A stretch of DNA of 64,000 bases, from the NCBI RefSeq assembly GCF_009914755.1, contig NC_060927.1. One strand, given 5' to 3'. This DNA is from the human T2T-CHM13v2.0 reference genome, Homo sapiens. The number at the start of each line of letters is the position of its first letter. The stretch's first letter is position 1. A model generated the notes under the pieces. The model did no database searches. It was not told the DNA's origin and worked only from the letters and a program-made list of their open reading frames with translations. This document shows, piece by piece, positions 59,076 to 64,000 of the stretch. The translations under genes and the position numbers were made by a program.

Positions 59076-59320
59076 TTAGTTACAATTGACGCTACTGCCA
59101 AACTGAGTTCAGTTCAGAAGTTATAATTGCACAGAAAATGCAAACATATAATCTTGACTTTTACTATCATTTTAACCCACTGCAGAATTATTTAACAATG
59201 TTTGCCATGTTGGAAGAAAGCTACTACGTGGTATTTTGCTCAGGCCAATGTATAACAAAAAAAATTGATTTGAGAAGATAAGATTATTAAATCAATCTGT
59301 ATTTTAGCAATGACGTATAA

Positions 59321-59659
<339 letters not shown>

Positions 59660-59829
59660 TAACCTCCAATCAATACAGAAGCTCTTACCACTCTTTTAAT
59701 CCATTCCTCCTCAAGAAAAGGTCATTCCACAAAATCAATCAAAGGAGAATCAATCAAAATGATTGACAATTGTCTGTAGCCTGCTAGTAAAAGTTAAAGG
59801 AACACAGAAGAAAATCAGGAAAGAAAGTT

Positions 59830-59928
59830 AGCCTGAGCCCAGGAGGTTGAGGCTGCAGTGAGCCACGATGGCGCCACTGCACTCCAACCTGGGCAACAGA
59901 GTGAGACCCTATCTCCAACCACACACAC

Positions 59929-59965
<37 letters not shown>

Positions 59966-59968
59966 CAC
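59830..59968 (+). mobile_element. 5'-truncated Alu 3' end with (CA)n tail
   Basis: tgagcccaggaggttgaggctgcagtgagc...gagaccct, then a ca run at 59920-59968. Confidence 0.88.
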
Positions 59969-60259
59969 AAAAGGAAAGAATATACAAAATACATTTTGGT
60001 TAGATATGAAAAACGAATAATAATAATTATAGGAGTGTATCAAGTACCTGCCATGTGCTAGCTCTTGTTAACATGGTTTATCTCCATCACTCATTTAACC
60101 TTCAAAATCGCCTAAGATACAGGTACTATTATTAGTTCCCTTTTACAGAAACAGAGACTCTAAGAGATGAAATGACATGCACAAGGTCACACACAAAAAT
60201 ACAGCAGAGACTAGACCTAGATTCATGCATTAGCAACCAATGCAAGAGTTAAAACCTGG

Positions 60260-60708
60260 TATACCGGGGTTGAATAGCATCCCCTCAAAGTTCATGTCCA
60301 CCTGGAACCACATGTGACCCTATTTAGAAATAGGACCTTTGCAGATATAATCAGTTGAGGTCATAATGAATCAGGGTAATCCCTAAAACCAATATGACTG
60401 GTGTCCTTTTACAAAAATGAGCAGATACTCAGAGACATGGACACACACAGAAGGAAGACAGCCATGTGAAGAGGAGGTTAAAAACTGGAATGACACAGAT
60501 ACAAACCAAGGATGCCAAGGATTGCTGGAAACCACCAGAAGCTAGAAAGAGACAAGGAAGGCAAAGGATCTATAGATCCTTCAAAGGAAGCAAGGCCCTG
60601 CTTGACTTCAGACTTCTAGCTTCCAAAACTATGAGAGAATACATTTCTGATGTTTTAAGTCACCCAGTTTGTGATATTTTATTACAGCAGCCCAGGGAAA
60701 TGATGACA
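60260..60708 (+). mobile_element. MLT1B/C-like solo LTR
   Basis: atgtgaccctatttagaaataggacctttgcagatataat...ccaaggatgccaaggattgctgg...ttttaagtcacccagtttgtg...acagcagccc. Confidence 0.85.
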
Positions 60709-61150
60709 CCTGAGAGGAGAACACGATGAATCAACGGAGCATTGCAATGCCAGCACTTCATCCCCAAAGAAAATTGGTGTACAGAAAGGAGAGACAGTAA
60801 TAAGAACCAGCCAGTTGGAAGATCAGCAGGTTTCTGTCAAATAATAACCACTGGCGTATTTCCTGCTCCTTCCTATAGTCTTTAGAAGACCCAACTTACA
60901 ACTATGTCTATGAGGAACTCTGGTAGGACTATACATAATAGGAAAACATAACATTTTTTCTTGATAACAGGAACATCTGGCTATGCTGAACATAAGAGAT
61001 TCAAAACAGAGGAGATTTGCAAATTATAGCTTCCCTTAGGGCTTAGAAGTGCTTAGATAAAATTTGATTATTCCATACTGGCCTGCAATTTGACTCCAAG
61101 ATCCCAGGATCACATGCCCCAGGCAAAAGATTTCTAATTCTTCTATGTAA

Positions 61151-61533
<383 letters not shown>

Positions 61534-62739
61534 TCAATAAACATCTTAAATAATAAACATCATAAAAAGCCCACTAGGTACCTGGCACTGTTATGTCCTT
61601 GGAATAAATATGACAAGTATATGCCATATCTGAGGGAGTCTACCCTCTAGCAAGAATGAGAGACATTCAACAAGTAACTTTAAGTGAGATGAGAGTTAAC
61701 AAGGAGACATTAAGGCTGCTATGGGAGATAAGAGATAAGGTTGGCCAATCACATACAGCTGTACAGGGGGTACACTGCACAAAAACATTTGGCCAAGTAA
61801 CATGTTGGGCCTAAGGTACAGCTCTCTCCATATGCAAAAAAGAGCGTTGTTTCCTCATTACCACAAAGAAGCAATTCCAACTAGCATCAGCTCTGAAACT
61901 GTAGAGGATAAGCACCTAATCTTGCAGCATCAATGCACCTGAATTTTATATTAAGAGTAATATTAACAGAAAATAATTAAAGTGTTTTTTAAGTATTAGA
62001 CTCAGCTGTCCACAGAAGCAGAAGCAGTAATTTATCCAACATTATTTCATCTCTTGGGTAATACTAAAATAATTCAAGGAGATGTATGAATAATTGAAGC
62101 TAAGACCATCTGTAAAAAATGCCATTATGGCTCTTTACCAATTGACACTCATTTAAAACCTTGATTTAAAAAGTAGCATTTTCCATCATTTTAACTTTAG
62201 GAAGATTTAAATGATTTATTAATCAAGTGCTGTTTCACTGGACTAAAGTAGGATCACAAGCCCTATTCAAACCTGTCTTTCCTTTCCACATATCAAATTC
62301 TTGCCTTCCAGAGAAGCTACTAAAATGCCCGAATTAAGAAAGGTCGGTCTACAGCAGTGGGATTGCATCTCCCTCCCCAGAACACTGTAAAATTAGAAAA
62401 TTAAGCCTGTCACTTTAAGATACATGAGTCCCATTTCAAGAATTTCTAGCATCAAACCAAGCAAGAATATCATTGGGAGGTGAATTTATATAACACAAGG
62501 ATTCTAGGAGAAGCCATCATTTCCGTGGCAGGAATCAGAATGCTCAAACAACATGAGGCAAGAATGAGGCCATCCCGCATCCCCAAATTATCTACCTGTA
62601 AGTCACAGCTTGCTTAGAGTACTAGAGCAGGTTTCCCAGATTGCTTTGGTGGGCTCTTAATTACCGAAGGTCCACCACTAAACCTGTCTCTGGTCAGATT
62701 CGGTTAGGAAACCCCACATCCCACACTGCCCCTCGCTGC

Positions 62740-62880
62740 TCCATGCTTCAGTTTTCTTATATATCAAATGAGAATAAACAGCCATGCCTACCTCATAAGA
62801 CTGTTGTGGGAATTTACGAGTTAATCCATGTAAAGTACTCACAGTCATGCCTGGCACATAGTTAAGTGCTAAATAAAAGG
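62740..62880 (+). mobile_element. MIR
   Basis: cctacctcataagactgttgtgggaatttacgagttaatccatgtaaagtactc...cctggcacatag. Confidence 0.75.
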
Positions 62881-63698
62881 TAATTGTTATTATTATTTTC
62901 TTTTGTAGAGCATTTGATGAATTTCTGTCCATAAAAACCCTCTGAGAGAAGTCATGAAAACAAATAAGTCTGTTGAGCTTTACATATGCCGGTCTTAGCC
63001 AAATTTGTCTGACCACAAGATCCTTTGATCTCCCCATAAAACATTTTCTATCACTGGGGGAGCTCAAGTCCTGTAGAGCTCACCATGGGATACACTGCTC
63101 CATGACGACTGTGTCTCTGCCTCGTCTACTTCCATTGCTCATCCAGGAATTGAGAAGACTTTATCATTTAAGCCATGAGATGGCTGAGGAAGAAAAAACC
63201 AGATGCCTGTTTAAGTCACCTTTAGATTTCCACTTCTTCTTCCACTGAATTGTCCTTGAAATTTCCTTTGGAAATAAATTCCAAGGTAATAAAAGGCCTC
63301 AGTGCAGGTAGTGTTTTTTTTTGTTTTGTTTTTTTGTTTTTGTATTACTTATACACAAAAAGCTGGCTGAAAGGCCAAACAGAATGACAATAAAGGGCAC
63401 CTTGCCCAGATTTGATGTAAAAAGGCCCACCTTGACCCAACAAGGACAACTGCAAACAACCCAAGGCCAGTGACCACATAATTCCCTGATGCAGAGTTAA
63501 GAGAAAAACAACAGGAACTTTGTTCACTATAGTCACACAATACTGGTTATTCCTCTTTCTATTTCTATAACCTAGAACACTAAATACTCCTTTAACAATT
63601 AGAACGTTTGTTAGATTGATAAAAATAAAGAACCCCAACCTCTCAAAAAAATAATAATAGCTCTCTCATATAACCTTAACCATCCTTAATGGACTAAC

Positions 63699-63985
63699 TT
63701 TTTTTTAGACAGGATCTCCCTCTGTTGCCCAGGCTGAAGTGCAATGGGGCAATGTTGGCTCACTGCAATCTCCACCTCCTGGGCTCAAGCCATCCTCTCA
63801 CCTCAGCCTCCTGAGTAGCTAGGACTACAGTCACGAGCCACCACACTCTGCCAATTTTTGTATTTTTTGTAGAGACAGTTTCACCATATTGCCCAGGCTG
63901 GTCTTGAACTCCTAGGTTAAAGCGATCCACCTGCCTCAGCCTCCCAAAGTGCTAGGATTACAGGCGTGAGCCACTGCACCTGGCC
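63699..63985 (-). mobile_element. Alu (AluJ-like)
   Basis: Antisense dimeric Alu. Confidence 0.92.
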
Positions 63986-64000
63986 ATATGTACTCATATA

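Overview
Primate genomic DNA, most likely human or another hominoid (AluY, an AluYd-lineage copy, young L1PA 3' ends and THE1 LTRs are all present). The window is repeat-rich and non-coding: about 40 Alu copies or fragments, many L1 3' fragments, MaLR solo LTRs (THE1, MLT1), MIR/L2 relics, DNA-transposon relics (MER1B, MER2, MER5-like, MER102/103-like) and microsatellites. I find no credible protein-coding exon, RNA gene or CRISPR array; the ORF track consists of repeat-derived or chance ORFs. Nearly all L1 fragments lie on the + strand, which suggests, but does not prove, a long intron of a gene transcribed on the - strand. I cannot name that gene. I found no evidence of a new biological system. 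The most interesting leads are minus-strand AG|GT (recursive-splice-like) sites with candidate cryptic exons at 30603-30727 and 40603-40709, tightly spaced inverted Alu pairs, two nested TE insertions, local microduplications and a few motif-rich unique segments that could be enhancers. Repeat subfamily calls come from recalled consensus features, and most boundaries are approximate (about 10-30 bp, more for old elements).
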